From a virus, in the IMG/VR virus record IMGVR_UViG_3300043411_000610, positions 1 through 64,000 of that record: a DNA stretch of 64,000 nucleotides, one strand, 5' to 3'. Below, one piece after another: positions 45,796 to 56,339 of the stretch. A program made the position numbers and the translations under genes. Under the pieces are notes generated by a model, which made no database searches, was not told the DNA's origin, and saw only the letters and a program-made list of their open reading frames with translations. Each line of letters opens with the position of its first letter. Position 1 is the stretch's first letter.

Positions 45796-46468
45796 TTTCT
45801 TTTTTATGTTCGTTTAGTATTTTATTTCCCTTTTTAATATTTTCTATAGTCCAACACGGTCTAATATTTGTGTAGTGTGATAATTTTATCAAATCATCGG
45901 AAGTTTGTGCTACACTTAATGGTATTATATGATCCAAGGTCCAATTAGAGGCAACTCCCAAACCGCCATAATTATCCCACGACATACCATCTTCAAATAG
46001 AGATTCTAGATGTTTTTTGAAAAATTCCACACTACAACCAAGCATTTCCATGGTTTTTTGTGCTTTCTTTAAATTTTTTCTAGGTTTCAAAAAACATCTC
46101 AATCTATTTCTCATATTTTCTTTCAATCGGAAAAGAATATCAATTTTTCTTCGCTCAGAACAATATCTAGTTTGATTTTCTCTAGCTTTTTGTCTTTTTA
46201 TTGGGTCAGATAGATAAAGTTTCTTTGATAACGCTTCTTTAATTTTCGTTTCAGGTTTAGATCTATAAATTTTCTTTCGATGATTTCGACGAATTTTATT
46301 TTCTTCCTTGCTTTGATGATTTTTGCCGTTTTTGAAAGTTTGCTTTTTATTATATTCAAGCTGTTTTTCATTTACCCATCTTTCATATCTTAACCCATTT
46401 TCTTTTTGGTATCGCCAGAAAAATAAATCTGGGTTTGTTGGATGTTTATCGCCACGTTTGTAGTCCAT
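45788..46468 (-). CDS. HNH-type homing endonuclease
   Basis: LGCS..HLE..F..GMSWDNYG..W-x-LDHI-x-P..HYTN..EN..K. Confidence 0.85.
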   Translation of the reverse strand: MDYKRGDKHPTNPDLFFWRYQKENGLRYERWVNEKQLEYNKKQTFKNGKNHQSKEENKIRRNHRKKIYRSKPETKIKEALSKKLYLSDPIKRQKARENQTRYCSERRKIDILFRLKENMRNRLRCFLKPRKNLKKAQKTMEMLGCSVEFFKKHLESLFEDGMSWDNYGGLGVASNWTLDHIIPLSVAQTSDDLIKLSHYTNIRPCWTIENIKKGNKILNEHKKENE

Positions 46469-46506
46469 TCTTCATATTTAATATTAAATATGAAGAATTT
46501 CATAAA

Positions 46507-46983
46507 TTATTGTGGAAGTCCCTCATGTTTAGAATTGATCTGCAATTGATCAGGAATGTGTTGATAACTAGCAGGGATCGCCGGATTATTCAAAATATTG
46601 GAAAATCCACCCGTTTTTTTATATTTATTCATAATTCGATCCTTCGTGCATACATGGATATTCCGAATGCGATCACCAAATGAATTGAGTTGCCAAATTG
46701 ATGGGATATTTTCATTGTTGAAATTTGAAAAATATGATTTGAGCGATCTAATTTGTTTCCTCTTTTTGAACACCTCATCTTGCATCAATTCTTTTTTAAT
46801 CAGATACAACATAAACTTATCTAGCCAATAATCAACAGACCACGGATTCCCACTGGTCGAAACATCGGTTGTTGCTTCATTAAATGGATTAACAAATTTA
46901 TCTAATGTTGGCATAGGATATGGCACGTCTTCTGGTTTGAGTTCATATGGTTCTGGGGTATCAATGTCGTGTTGTTCAGTCAT
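46507..46983 (-). CDS. Hypothetical protein
   Basis: Clean ORF. Confidence 0.6.
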   Translation of the reverse strand: MTEQHDIDTPEPYELKPEDVPYPMPTLDKFVNPFNEATTDVSTSGNPWSVDYWLDKFMLYLIKKELMQDEVFKKRKQIRSLKSYFSNFNNENIPSIWQLNSFGDRIRNIHVCTKDRIMNKYKKTGGFSNILNNPAIPASYQHIPDQLQINSKHEGLPQ

Positions 46984-46990
46984 AAGAGTA

Positions 46991-47818
46991 TTATACGGGT
47001 TTTTGGTTAGTTGTCAAGGAATTGTATGCATTAATTATAGTCGAATCCAATTCGGACATAATATAGAATTTAGAAATTTTATCAGTATTCGCCAAATTAT
47101 TGACATAAAAATCATCAAATTCAGTTATAATATTTTCATCCGGCACATGACTATCCATATTTTTGGTCACTGGGAGTGCCAATAAATTTTTAGCAATGTA
47201 GAATATTGAGGTGTCAGTTGTGGAAACCACATTGAATATACCTGACTGATCATAAATGACTTCAGTGGCACATACCAAATCTGGTAGATATGTCACGTCC
47301 GTTGCCAGATGAAAGAATTTAGTAAATTTCTGAATTTTGACCAACAAATTTTTTGGATGATCAGTATCATCAAATGGTAGTCGAATGCGTAAAATCAGAG
47401 CATTAGGTCCACATACTCGCTCACCCGCATATTTGGTAAGCCTATAATCAGTGTGCAGATCTAACTTTCTACAATCTTCTGTATTTTCTGCCCATTCATG
47501 ACTGTTCCCATACAAATCTGTGGTTGAAATATGAATCAGTTTAATACCATTTGTGTCGCAATATTGTGCAAGGTAGTCAACGAACAACACATTAGTTTGC
47601 CACAATTGTTTAAAATTTGACGAGTTTTCACACCATTTGGTATCAGTTTTTGCAATACAGTTAATTACATATGAATAACCCTTTATTAAAGGTATTAGGG
47701 TATCAAAATTATGTGGTTCAAAATAGAATTGTGTGCGGTCAATACATTTATAACCCTTCCTCTGATATGCACGACTCACATATCCATCACCTAGAATGAT
47801 TGTGTTTTGTGGATTCAT
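46991..47818 (-). CDS. NAD-dependent epimerase/RmlD-like sugar-nucleotide reductase
   Basis: ILG-x-GYV, VINC, HIST..Y, YxxxK (YRLTK), LRIRLP. Confidence 0.82.
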   Translation of the reverse strand: MNPQNTIILGDGYVSRAYQRKGYKCIDRTQFYFEPHNFDTLIPLIKGYSYVINCIAKTDTKWCENSSNFKQLWQTNVLFVDYLAQYCDTNGIKLIHISTTDLYGNSHEWAENTEDCRKLDLHTDYRLTKYAGERVCGPNALILRIRLPFDDTDHPKNLLVKIQKFTKFFHLATDVTYLPDLVCATEVIYDQSGIFNVVSTTDTSIFYIAKNLLALPVTKNMDSHVPDENIITEFDDFYVNNLANTDKISKFYIMSELDSTIINAYNSLTTNQKPV

Positions 47819-48207
47819 TGTGCAGGGACTAATTCTGGTTTCTTTATCTTAGTTTTTTTAGGTTTAGCCGTTTTAATCGGATTTCCTATTTTCTCTTTCA
47901 CCTCTTCTTTGGGTTGGTCTAAAAGCGGTGCAAATCTGAGGATACTGAATGCCGCTTCTAGTGTTTTACCCATAGGAATCGGGTTTTTAAGTTCTTCCAA
48001 CAGAATTGCAGGGATCAGTGTGCCTTTAAAATTGAATGGATTTTTACCCGTCGGATCTTTAATAATTTCATCTGTTGTTTGTCCATTATATATTTCTCGA
48101 ATCGTGTATATACGACCTTTGACTGGAAACTGTTCCATGACAGCCCGTGCCCATGATGGCCAGTCATCATCTTTGATGCAAATTACCTTGGTTCCTCGTT
48201 CGATCAC
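47815..48207 (-). CDS. Hypothetical protein
   Basis: G-x-KV-x-CI, G-x-IYT-x-R pattern. Confidence 0.7.
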   Translation of the reverse strand: MIERGTKVICIKDDDWPSWARAVMEQFPVKGRIYTIREIYNGQTTDEIIKDPTGKNPFNFKGTLIPAILLEELKNPIPMGKTLEAAFSILRFAPLLDQPKEEVKEKIGNPIKTAKPKKTKIKKPELVPAQ

Positions 48208-48524
48208 TATACTTCTCCTCTGATGTTAAAATTGGTGTTCATAATGTGTGAGTTAACAAGCAACTCTTCAGTATTGGCATGACAATATTCTTCTTCTAAT
48301 TCAAATCGGTCAGTTGCTTCCGTATAATTTGTATGTTTATCAGGTTTCATCCATTTAATAAACACATACACAATTTCAGTATTAAGCGTGTTAGGGTTTT
48401 GCCAATGATTAGGGCTGGTCAGATATGCGCGAATTTTAATTTCACTGATGGGTGCATAATGAATTTGTCCATCTTTAATGAAATAAACTCTATCACCTAC
48501 ATTATATCTTGTTTGGATTTTCAT
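48207..48524 (-). CDS. Hypothetical protein
   Basis: I-x-T-x-YNVGD-x-VYF pattern. Confidence 0.7.
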   Translation of the reverse strand: MKIQTRYNVGDRVYFIKDGQIHYAPISEIKIRAYLTSPNHWQNPNTLNTEIVYVFIKWMKPDKHTNYTEATDRFELEEEYCHANTEELLVNSHIMNTNFNIRGEV

Positions 48525-48525
48525 A

Positions 48526-48867
48526 TTAGCCTAGTTGTTGTTTTGTTTCCCGAATTTTGGCACGGATAGTCGAACGAATATCTTCTCGCAATTCTTGGTT
48601 GGACATGATAGATTTAATATCAGTCCCGATTTCAGTTGCCATTGAATTCATGATGTGATCTGCCATTTTTTGTTCAACCTGTGATTTTACGATTTGTATA
48701 ACTTGATTCATATCAACCTGACTGTGCATGGTTTTTAGCCATGTAGAATCTAAGTTGATACGTGCATTGTAATCTAGCTTTAGCCATTCACCCTTACGAA
48801 TAAAATCAATTACCGTATGTTGAATTGACTGTGCTAGTTGTTGTTCAAAATTTAAGTCTGCTTTCAT
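48526..48867 (-). CDS. Hypothetical protein
   Basis: Clean ORF behind TTGACA. Confidence 0.65.
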   Translation of the reverse strand: MKADLNFEQQLAQSIQHTVIDFIRKGEWLKLDYNARINLDSTWLKTMHSQVDMNQVIQIVKSQVEQKMADHIMNSMATEIGTDIKSIMSNQELREDIRSTIRAKIRETKQQLG

Positions 48868-48896
48868 GTTTCAATATAGGTTGAATTTCAACTATG

Positions 48897-49166
48897 TCAA
48901 GGATGATTTAACGGATTCATATAATCATCAATTTCTTTTTGTGACATTTTAAACTCGTATGAAATTCCTCCTTCGCCCTTATTAGTATATTTTACATATT
49001 TCGGTTCACAAGAAATGCGCCTGTTTTTTCCGTGTTGATCTATTAAGTATCCTGCTACAAATGGATTTCTAGACCACATACCATCATCTTCTGAAGTTAC
49101 GATAAAAACACTACCTTTTTTGAATGGATAACAGTCTTCGATTAATTCAACTTTTTGATTAATCAT
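48897..49166 (-). CDS. Hypothetical protein
   Basis: ATGA overlap with nrdB. Confidence 0.65.
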   Translation of the reverse strand: MINQKVELIEDCYPFKKGSVFIVTSEDDGMWSRNPFVAGYLIDQHGKNRRISCEPKYVKYTNKGEGGISYEFKMSQKEIDDYMNPLNHP

Positions 49167-50227
49167 AGCGTAAATCCTGAAAATTTGTTTAGATCAATGG
49201 ATGTATCACGGCTACCTTTGATGTAATCTGTTAGAGGCTTTTCTTGGGGAAGATCATGTGTTTTGCCCGCATCCAGATATGAATCTAACCATCCACCAAT
49301 AGGATTATGTTTAATATCATAGATTTTTTTATATCCCAAAGATTGTAGCCTATTGTTTGCAATCCATTCAATATAACCACCTAATGTATTAGGATTCAAA
49401 CCCAAAAGTCCACCTTCTGAAAAAATATAGTCCGCCCATTTTTTTTCATTGTCTACGGCTAGACCGTATGCATCATAAATGCGCTGTTCGTTTTCGCGAA
49501 TGATGTGTGTAAAGCCCTCATCTTCTCGCTCTTTCCAGTTTTTGATAACATTCTGTGTGATCCCTATATGATCAGCTTCATCTCGTTTGATTAGTTTGAT
49601 GATATCAGCATTGCCAGTCATTTTTCCTTTATAGCCGAAAAAGAAAGAACATGCAAATGACACGTAGAAAATAACACCTTCCATGATCTGCATATGTAAC
49701 ATAGAGTTGAATAAATCCTGTTTCCTGTCGCCTGTATCATTATTGAGAAGTTTGTCGAATGACGATTTAATTTCTGTCATACGTTCTTGTAAATGAATAT
49801 CTTGAGACATATCTTCGAAGAATTTGTGTGGATCACGGCGAAGATTTTCCAAAATCCAATTATATGAATCACTATGAATGCTTTCTTCAAAAAAGCTCCA
49901 GGTGTTCAAACAATAGGATAATTCATTCAATGAACAGTGCTTTTTCATTTCGTCAATAGACCGGGAAAGGAAAGAATCTCCTGCTGTTTGAAATGATAGA
50001 TTTTTTTCAAAAATGAATCGCTCTTCTTTTGTCAATTGTTCATAATCTTTTCGATCATTCACCAATGGAATTTCATCTGGTTGCCAATACTGACCTCTCT
50101 GTTTTTTGAAAAGGTCCACAAATTTGGGATATTTTACATCTGTAAGATTCAGAATACCTAGAGGTTCACCAAAGAACATGGGTTGTTCACTATTGATGCG
50201 CTTATTAAAGTTTAATACTGTTTTCAT
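49163..50227 (-). CDS. nrdB: Ribonucleotide reductase class Ia beta subunit
   Basis: W-x-PDEI, FQT..DS, E-x-IHS-x-SY, EG..FY-x-SF, RDE-x-x-H. Confidence 0.96.
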   Translation of the reverse strand: MKTVLNFNKRINSEQPMFFGEPLGILNLTDVKYPKFVDLFKKQRGQYWQPDEIPLVNDRKDYEQLTKEERFIFEKNLSFQTAGDSFLSRSIDEMKKHCSLNELSYCLNTWSFFEESIHSDSYNWILENLRRDPHKFFEDMSQDIHLQERMTEIKSSFDKLLNNDTGDRKQDLFNSMLHMQIMEGVIFYVSFACSFFFGYKGKMTGNADIIKLIKRDEADHIGITQNVIKNWKEREDEGFTHIIRENEQRIYDAYGLAVDNEKKWADYIFSEGGLLGLNPNTLGGYIEWIANNRLQSLGYKKIYDIKHNPIGGWLDSYLDAGKTHDLPQEKPLTDYIKGSRDTSIDLNKFSGFTL

Positions 50228-50235
50228 ATTTTATT

Positions 50236-52527
50236 TTAGAGTGTGCAGCCACCTCCGATAGAGCAGGTTGCATATCGGTCTTCTGATTCTTTTTCTGTTT
50301 CTACAGTGTCGTCTTTGGCTCCCTTGGTTTTTGCATAATATATAGAAGGAACACCCAACTTATATGATAGTAAAATATCTCCAATAACTACAGAATCTGG
50401 TAGTTTTTTATCAGGATATTTGTTGAAATCATAATAATGATTCATAGAAACACTCATATCAGTGAATTTTATCATCAATGAATATAGTTCAATGATGTGT
50501 CTATTATCAAAGGTGAAAGCATATGTATATCGAGGTTTCCATTTGGCAATGTTTGGGACCAATACAGGTAGACGGTTAGACTTGGATGATTTATAGACCA
50601 GTGGCTCCATAGGAGGTTCCACCCCATTAGTAGAACATTGAATAATTGAGCTACTGTCGCACGGCATCAGGCATGATAGCGTGTTGTTTCGCATACCATG
50701 AGTCACAATTTCGGTTCGTAACCATTCCCAATCAAGATTCAGTTTATTTGGATAAACTGAATCCACATCTTTTTTATAAGTGTCAATTGGGAGAATACCC
50801 TTACTATATTTTGTTTTATCAAAATATTCACATTTACCCTTTTCTTTGGCCAGATTAACACTTGCTTTAATTAGGTTAAATTGAATTTTCTCAAATAAAT
50901 CATGGGTTAGTTGTCTAGCAGAATCTTCAATAAACGAAGAATTGTTTTTTGCCAACCATGCGGCATAATTAGTCACTCCCACACCAATGCTGCGATTTTT
51001 CTGTGCAAAGTTTTTAGCAGATTCATTAAAATAATCCTGAACATCAATAAGTTCATCGAGACCTCGAACGACCAAATCACATGCTTCTTCAATTTCTTCA
51101 TCAGAATTAAGATTTAGAACATTTAGTGCCGATAACACACATACACCAATCAATCCATCTGAACCATCAATCCTCTGCATTGGTTCCAATAAGTGTAGAA
51201 CCTCTACGCAGAGGTTAGTAAAATTTACTATACCATCCCATGAACTATGATTAGTAGCATGGTCCACAAATAACATATAAAGCCTTCCAGTCTCAATTCG
51301 TTCTTTTACAAAAAGGCTCATCAGACTAGATGCTGTAATAACTTTCTTTTTGATTCCTTTTTTCTTTTCGTATTTTACATATAAATCATCGAATTCTGAT
51401 GATCCAAATGCATCATATAGTTCAGTCGTTTCGTTTGGATCAAATAGCGTAATATTTTCGTTTTTCAGGAATCGTTCAAAAAACAGTTTAGAAGATGCAA
51501 CCACATAATCTAGTTGACGAACACGATTACTATCGGTCCCCCCATTATTTTTCAATTGAATGAAATCTTCGATTTCATAATGGAAGAAATGACAGGTGAT
51601 GGTTCCGCCACCACCTCTGGTTCCTTGACTAGCTGCCTTCACATTACTTTCAATACATTTTATCCATGGTATAATTCCCAGATGTGGAATAGTTCCGTTG
51701 CGAACAGACGACCCGATAGAACGAACACGACTCATATTGACACCAATACCGTAAGAATTACACGTCGCCATTCCTACACTTGTAAGCATGGCATAAAGAC
51801 TCTCCTTAGTGTCTGCGGTATCAATTAAGCAGCAAGAGCTATAACTGTTTGTGAGTCCTCTACAATTAGCTTGCAGAGGTGTAGGCGAACTAACCTTATG
51901 TTTGGTGTTGAAGTCAAAGAATTTTTTGATATATTTCAGACGCTTAGAACCTTCATAGTTCTGGAAGAGACGCATACCCATTAATGCATATGCAAAGGAC
52001 GGAGTTTCAAACAATTCACCTGTGATTTTATTTTTGGCCAGATATTTATCCACTAATTGTTGGAGGCCCGCATAGACGAAATTATAATCCCTATCATGGT
52101 TAATAAATTCATCAATTTTATTGATTTCTTTTTCAGTATAATTTTCTAAAAAGGCTGGGGTATAGACCTTATTATCAATATTTTTACGAATAATATCAAT
52201 TAGTTTTGGTGGGTTTTTTCCGCCCCAAACATCTTTTCTAATTTTGGTATTCAACAATCGAGCAGCCACAATTTGATAGTCTGGCTTAGCCTCACTTATG
52301 AGATTGACCGCACTATCAATTAGGCAGTCGTGTATTTCTTTGGTTGTTATGTTATTCTTAAAGAATAATTTAGCATTGATTTCAATGGTGCTCGGTTCTA
52401 CGTCCTTCAATCCTTCACATGCCCATTCAACCATTTTGTTGATTTTTGATAAATCTAATTTCTCTATTGTTCCATCCCGTTTTTTTACTGTTATTTCCAT
52501 AAAGTTTTTGCTCACCATGTCCGCCAT
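50236..52527 (-). CDS. nrdA: Ribonucleotide reductase class Ia alpha subunit
   Basis: ATP cone VKKRDG, SSC, NLC-x-E, GMRN, YY, C-terminal Cys pair. Confidence 0.97.
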   Translation of the reverse strand: MADMVSKNFMEITVKKRDGTIEKLDLSKINKMVEWACEGLKDVEPSTIEINAKLFFKNNITTKEIHDCLIDSAVNLISEAKPDYQIVAARLLNTKIRKDVWGGKNPPKLIDIIRKNIDNKVYTPAFLENYTEKEINKIDEFINHDRDYNFVYAGLQQLVDKYLAKNKITGELFETPSFAYALMGMRLFQNYEGSKRLKYIKKFFDFNTKHKVSSPTPLQANCRGLTNSYSSCCLIDTADTKESLYAMLTSVGMATCNSYGIGVNMSRVRSIGSSVRNGTIPHLGIIPWIKCIESNVKAASQGTRGGGGTITCHFFHYEIEDFIQLKNNGGTDSNRVRQLDYVVASSKLFFERFLKNENITLFDPNETTELYDAFGSSEFDDLYVKYEKKKGIKKKVITASSLMSLFVKERIETGRLYMLFVDHATNHSSWDGIVNFTNLCVEVLHLLEPMQRIDGSDGLIGVCVLSALNVLNLNSDEEIEEACDLVVRGLDELIDVQDYFNESAKNFAQKNRSIGVGVTNYAAWLAKNNSSFIEDSARQLTHDLFEKIQFNLIKASVNLAKEKGKCEYFDKTKYSKGILPIDTYKKDVDSVYPNKLNLDWEWLRTEIVTHGMRNNTLSCLMPCDSSSIIQCSTNGVEPPMEPLVYKSSKSNRLPVLVPNIAKWKPRYTYAFTFDNRHIIELYSLMIKFTDMSVSMNHYYDFNKYPDKKLPDSVVIGDILLSYKLGVPSIYYAKTKGAKDDTVETEKESEDRYATCSIGGGCTL

Positions 52528-52576
52528 ATTTGGTTTGTTTATTTAGTCTGAACCATACCAGTTGACAACCTGCATT

Positions 52577-53194
52577 TCAAGAATTTTCCCATTCTTTTAA
52601 TCCCCATTTTTCAATCATTTTTAGCCCCTGTTCAACACTCAGATTTATCCACAGAAAATAATCTGGAGTGTTTCCAATTGTGGATAATCCGGTTTCAAAA
52701 TAATCGGGTTCACCATAACCTGCACGATAGATAAAAGTGTAATGAGATTTAATTTTAAGACCGAGTTCTAATACTTCTTTAGGAGTCTTATCAGTCGGTT
52801 GTCTAGCAAATGATTTTTTACAATCTAATTCATCAGTCCATACATGATCTGCGACCGTCATGCACTCTTCTAAAAATTCCTTTTTATTTTCAGGGAATAT
52901 GAAAAATGTATTAGGTTTAAAAAATTTCATACCAGCTTTCATCAGATCTAAAATTAATTGTGCTTGTGATACATTGGCAAAACAATCATCCAATTCTTTG
53001 ATATAGTCTTCTAATGTCATGGCATTGTTTTTTTGTAAAATTTTAAAACCCATTTGATGGTATACTTTGTAACCTTCTTTAATGAAATATTCAAGTAGAT
53101 GGTTGTTCATTTTTCGAAAACATATTTTCACATGTTTTCCATCTGTCCAAATCTGTGATTCGTCTAATCCAAATACTTTTTCAAATTTATTCAT
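52577..53194 (-). CDS. Hypothetical protein
   Basis: Clean ORF. Confidence 0.65.
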   Translation of the reverse strand: MNKFEKVFGLDESQIWTDGKHVKICFRKMNNHLLEYFIKEGYKVYHQMGFKILQKNNAMTLEDYIKELDDCFANVSQAQLILDLMKAGMKFFKPNTFFIFPENKKEFLEECMTVADHVWTDELDCKKSFARQPTDKTPKEVLELGLKIKSHYTFIYRAGYGEPDYFETGLSTIGNTPDYFLWINLSVEQGLKMIEKWGLKEWENS

Positions 53195-53793
53195 GGTTTA
53201 TATAGATGTTTACTGTAGAGAGTCCAATCACTAACCAATCGTGTTTTGGTGTCTTTGAGCTTAGTGTTTTTGAATGCTTCTTCTAGTGTAGCACATTCAT
53301 AATTGGCATATTCCATCAATCGAGTTTTGAGATTGAACATTTCGAATGTGATGTTATATACATCACCATCAATATGTGTCCAATCTTTCCATTTAGGTTT
53401 TTTACCAAACATTTCTTCTCGTTGTTTCATATGACGTAAATCTGCTCGGAGATTCATATGCCATATCTTAGGACTTTGAATGTGATATAGTTGGTCATCA
53501 TCTGGAACATCACGATTACTAAGAGACTTTGATTTTTTATCATAGATATTATCACATCTATAACATTTATATTTGTTTACAAATATAATAGCATCATCCA
53601 ATTCGTATTCTGAAAATTTACGTGTGCAGGTATAGCCTCCAATTTCACCTCGATTAATACCTTTTGCACTAACTAAACGATATTCAACTTGATAATAAAT
53701 TCTATTTTTCATATGGATTGGGCTACGTATTTTTATATTTTTCATTAAACCGGTTTTTAGGAAGCGCCTCCATTTGGGCATCCCATTTATCAT
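53191..53793 (-). CDS. Hypothetical protein (likely start 53712)
   Basis: Track start overlaps previous gene. Confidence 0.6.
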   Translation of the reverse strand: MINGMPKWRRFLKTGLMKNIKIRSPIHMKNRIYYQVEYRLVSAKGINRGEIGGYTCTRKFSEYELDDAIIFVNKYKCYRCDNIYDKKSKSLSNRDVPDDDQLYHIQSPKIWHMNLRADLRHMKQREEMFGKKPKWKDWTHIDGDVYNITFEMFNLKTRLMEYANYECATLEEAFKNTKLKDTKTRLVSDWTLYSKHLYKP

Positions 53794-54397
53794 ATTCCTT
53801 CATCTTTTCAATCAAAGGAAATTGTGGTTGCATATTACGTTTTTTACATACCCATTTGGTCGATCCATATATAGGATCGTCATCGTGCATTTCAAACAGT
53901 TCGGGTAATTCGCTGGACTTCACCGGTTCTGCATCCGCGCCTCCCCATGCAAACACGTCACTACAATTTACATATAAAGTAATGGTTTCTAAAAAATTTT
54001 GATCCCAACCGACGAACAATACTTGTTCATCTAACAGCTTGGCAACCATGTTTCCGCAATCACTGTTACTCATGTAATTATATGCAGATACCAGATTTTC
54101 AGGTTCAAAGTGACAAAAATCAATTTGAATAGAATTCTGATAAAATATTGAAATGACTGAACTATTATGGTGTATCTGATCATCAGATACACCAAAGTGT
54201 GATGACAGTTCTTCATCAGTTAATAAAGGAAAATCTAACAGACAATCTATATCACCGTGACTAGTTTTTTTAATAAAACATTCGGGAATAATAGAATATC
54301 TGTTCAATTTTTTCGCCAATGTATTACAAACATGTGAACATGTTCTATAGTAGGTTTCATTGTCCATTTTAGGTGCAGAAAATAACTGGCCTCCCAT
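53723..54397 (-). CDS. Apparent chimera: Pol-beta-like nucleotidyltransferase N-terminus joined to an unrelated conserved phage domain
   Basis: MGG..K-x-SHGDID..IQID..D-x-GN then VNCSDVFAWG-x-ADAE..YG..KW..KR..PQ. Confidence 0.55.
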   Translation of the reverse strand: MGGQLFSAPKMDNETYYRTCSHVCNTLAKKLNRYSIIPECFIKKTSHGDIDCLLDFPLLTDEELSSHFGVSDDQIHHNSSVISIFYQNSIQIDFCHFEPENLVSAYNYMSNSDCGNMVAKLLDEQVLFVGWDQNFLETITLYVNCSDVFAWGGADAEPVKSSELPELFEMHDDDPIYGSTKWVCKKRNMQPQFPLIEKMKEYDKWDAQMEALPKNRFNEKYKNT

Positions 54398-54401
54398 ATA
54401 A

Positions 54402-54683
54402 TTATGCCGATCTCCAAATTTTAATTTTAGTATCCTTTGCTTTAAGTAACTCACTTCTATCACCTTCGATTTTGAATGGTAAACTTAATCTAACATTTTT
54501 TGGATTCCGATGTTGAATTCTACGATGTTCCATTGCTTCTTTCTTAGTTTTGAATACCCACATATAACCTATACCGGGATCACCCGATGACCATGCATGA
54601 CCATTATCTAAATCCCACATGATCCATGCTCTACGCCATCCACAAGAGACATATTGGGTTGCAGGTGTTTTAGGATTTTTCAT
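54402..54683 (-). CDS. Hypothetical protein
   Basis: ORF behind TTGACA promoter. Confidence 0.6.
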   Translation of the reverse strand: MKNPKTPATQYVSCGWRRAWIMWDLDNGHAWSSGDPGIGYMWVFKTKKEAMEHRRIQHRNPKNVRLSLPFKIEGDRSELLKAKDTKIKIWRSA

Positions 54684-54884
54684 CGAGTTTATCTAAAATG
54701 TTTTTCGTTATGCATACATTACAATATCAATGATCTTCAATTTGTCAACCGCCAATTTTTATAAAGTCTTAAAATTTGATCTTGTTCTGAATGAGTAAGC
54801 CATTTCTTGAGCCATTTTCTTTGCTTGGAATACTTCTCAAGAAGTTTTAATTTTTCAAAAACGGATGGATGTGGATTAATCAGA

Positions 54885-55604
54885 TTATGTTTCAATCAAT
54901 TGAAACTTGAATTTATTATATGCTTCCATTGTCCAAGGAAAGAGTTCATTTAGAATATCTTTAATGGCTTTGCCATACTCTTGAATTTCCGCTTGTGCAT
55001 GGGAATCATCACGAAGAGATATGAAATGCAGTAGATTTTTTAAATCCCAACATGCATATATTTCAGTATAGATGTTGATAGGTAGCACCATGCGGGCCAT
55101 TTCTCTAGCAATACCAGATTCCAACATAGACGAATATACTGAATAACAATTAGCACAATAATCTTTGAAGAGTTCGGAAACATCTTCATGACCACTGTTT
55201 AAGCATCCATTAAATTCCATTGATGGCCACCAATTTTCATCTGCTATACTATTTTGTTTATTCTTCGTATCTTGTTTTCTCCAAATTGTAGGAATATAAA
55301 ATTCATTTGGAAGTTCTGTATATCTGGCAGAAACTTCATTCAAATTTTGCATTCTATGTCTCACATATTGCCTCATGATAAAAATAGGCATTTTAATATT
55401 GAGTGTCAATTTACACATTTCAAACGGTGATGTGTGTTTATTTTTCCACAGATATGCTAATAGCTTTTTATCTGCATCATCACCTTTTGATGGTGATTTA
55501 TAACTAATCCTTGCAGCTTCAAGAATGCGCTTATCATTACCCATCCAGTCAATTAAACGGACAAAGCCGTGATCCAATACCTGTTTTGTATATCCTTTTT
55601 CCAT
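54885..55604 (-). CDS. thyX: Flavin-dependent thymidylate synthase
   Basis: AARISY, HTSPFE, RQ-x-x-RHR..NE-x-SARY, E-x-AR-x-VLP, AQ-x-EI; track start 55634 also possible. Confidence 0.96.
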   Translation of the reverse strand: MEKGYTKQVLDHGFVRLIDWMGNDKRILEAARISYKSPSKGDDADKKLLAYLWKNKHTSPFEMCKLTLNIKMPIFIMRQYVRHRMQNLNEVSARYTELPNEFYIPTIWRKQDTKNKQNSIADENWWPSMEFNGCLNSGHEDVSELFKDYCANCYSVYSSMLESGIAREMARMVLPINIYTEIYACWDLKNLLHFISLRDDSHAQAEIQEYGKAIKDILNELFPWTMEAYNKFKFQLIET

Positions 55605-55667
55605 ATTATTCTTTATTTTTATCGTTAATTGCATGAATACAATTGTGGAAGTTCATGTGATCTACCA

Positions 55668-56141
55668 TTATTTTAATTTATATGACAAAATTCTTTGTGA
55701 TGCACGAAGAACTGGGTTCTTACATGTCACAATATTCGGAAAATCCACCATAATAGGACATTTTTTAGACCGCAATCTAACCCAAAACACTTGTTCACCA
55801 GTTTCGATCTTAATTTTTGTCCAATATCTAAGAATATCTTTAATTAGATTTGATCCTTCCGCAAGTCTTCCAGGCTTAATTTTGTCCCATTTGGGTGTCG
55901 AATAGTCCCGGAGACTCAACTCATCGTCACCAAAAACTAAAACATTCTTATCAGACCATTCGGGGTCTTTATAATGACCACCATATGCCAATATATTACC
56001 ATCCTTATCCCTTTTCAGGATCGCATATAGTGGTTGATTATAATATCTATTTCCGTTTTTCAAAGGTTTATATTGTTTAAAGGTTGGCACCCGTCGGAGG
56101 ATTTGCACCTCCGAAAACAAAGAGAACGAACTATCTTCCAT
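55668..56141 (-). CDS. Hypothetical protein
   Basis: Clean ORF. Confidence 0.6.
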   Translation of the reverse strand: MEDSSFSLFSEVQILRRVPTFKQYKPLKNGNRYYNQPLYAILKRDKDGNILAYGGHYKDPEWSDKNVLVFGDDELSLRDYSTPKWDKIKPGRLAEGSNLIKDILRYWTKIKIETGEQVFWVRLRSKKCPIMVDFPNIVTCKNPVLRASQRILSYKLK

Positions 56142-56339
56142 GTTGTAAAATCCTTTCAGTCTGACCTGAGTTAGATTCCCCTATTCACACTTATTTTTAT
56201 TCTTCAAAAACTTATTATGCATGATTTTCAGAAATCACCCACTTTTACATTTTTTGGCATCTCTAACCGGACTTTCGACATCCAATTCCTTACCCAAGGT
56301 TGTTGAGCCACTAGCCGGGTATATTTTACGTTACGTCAT

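Noticed and set aside
49163-52527. Introns or inteins in nrdA/nrdB
   Set aside because: Both are normal length and uninterrupted with all catalytic residues.
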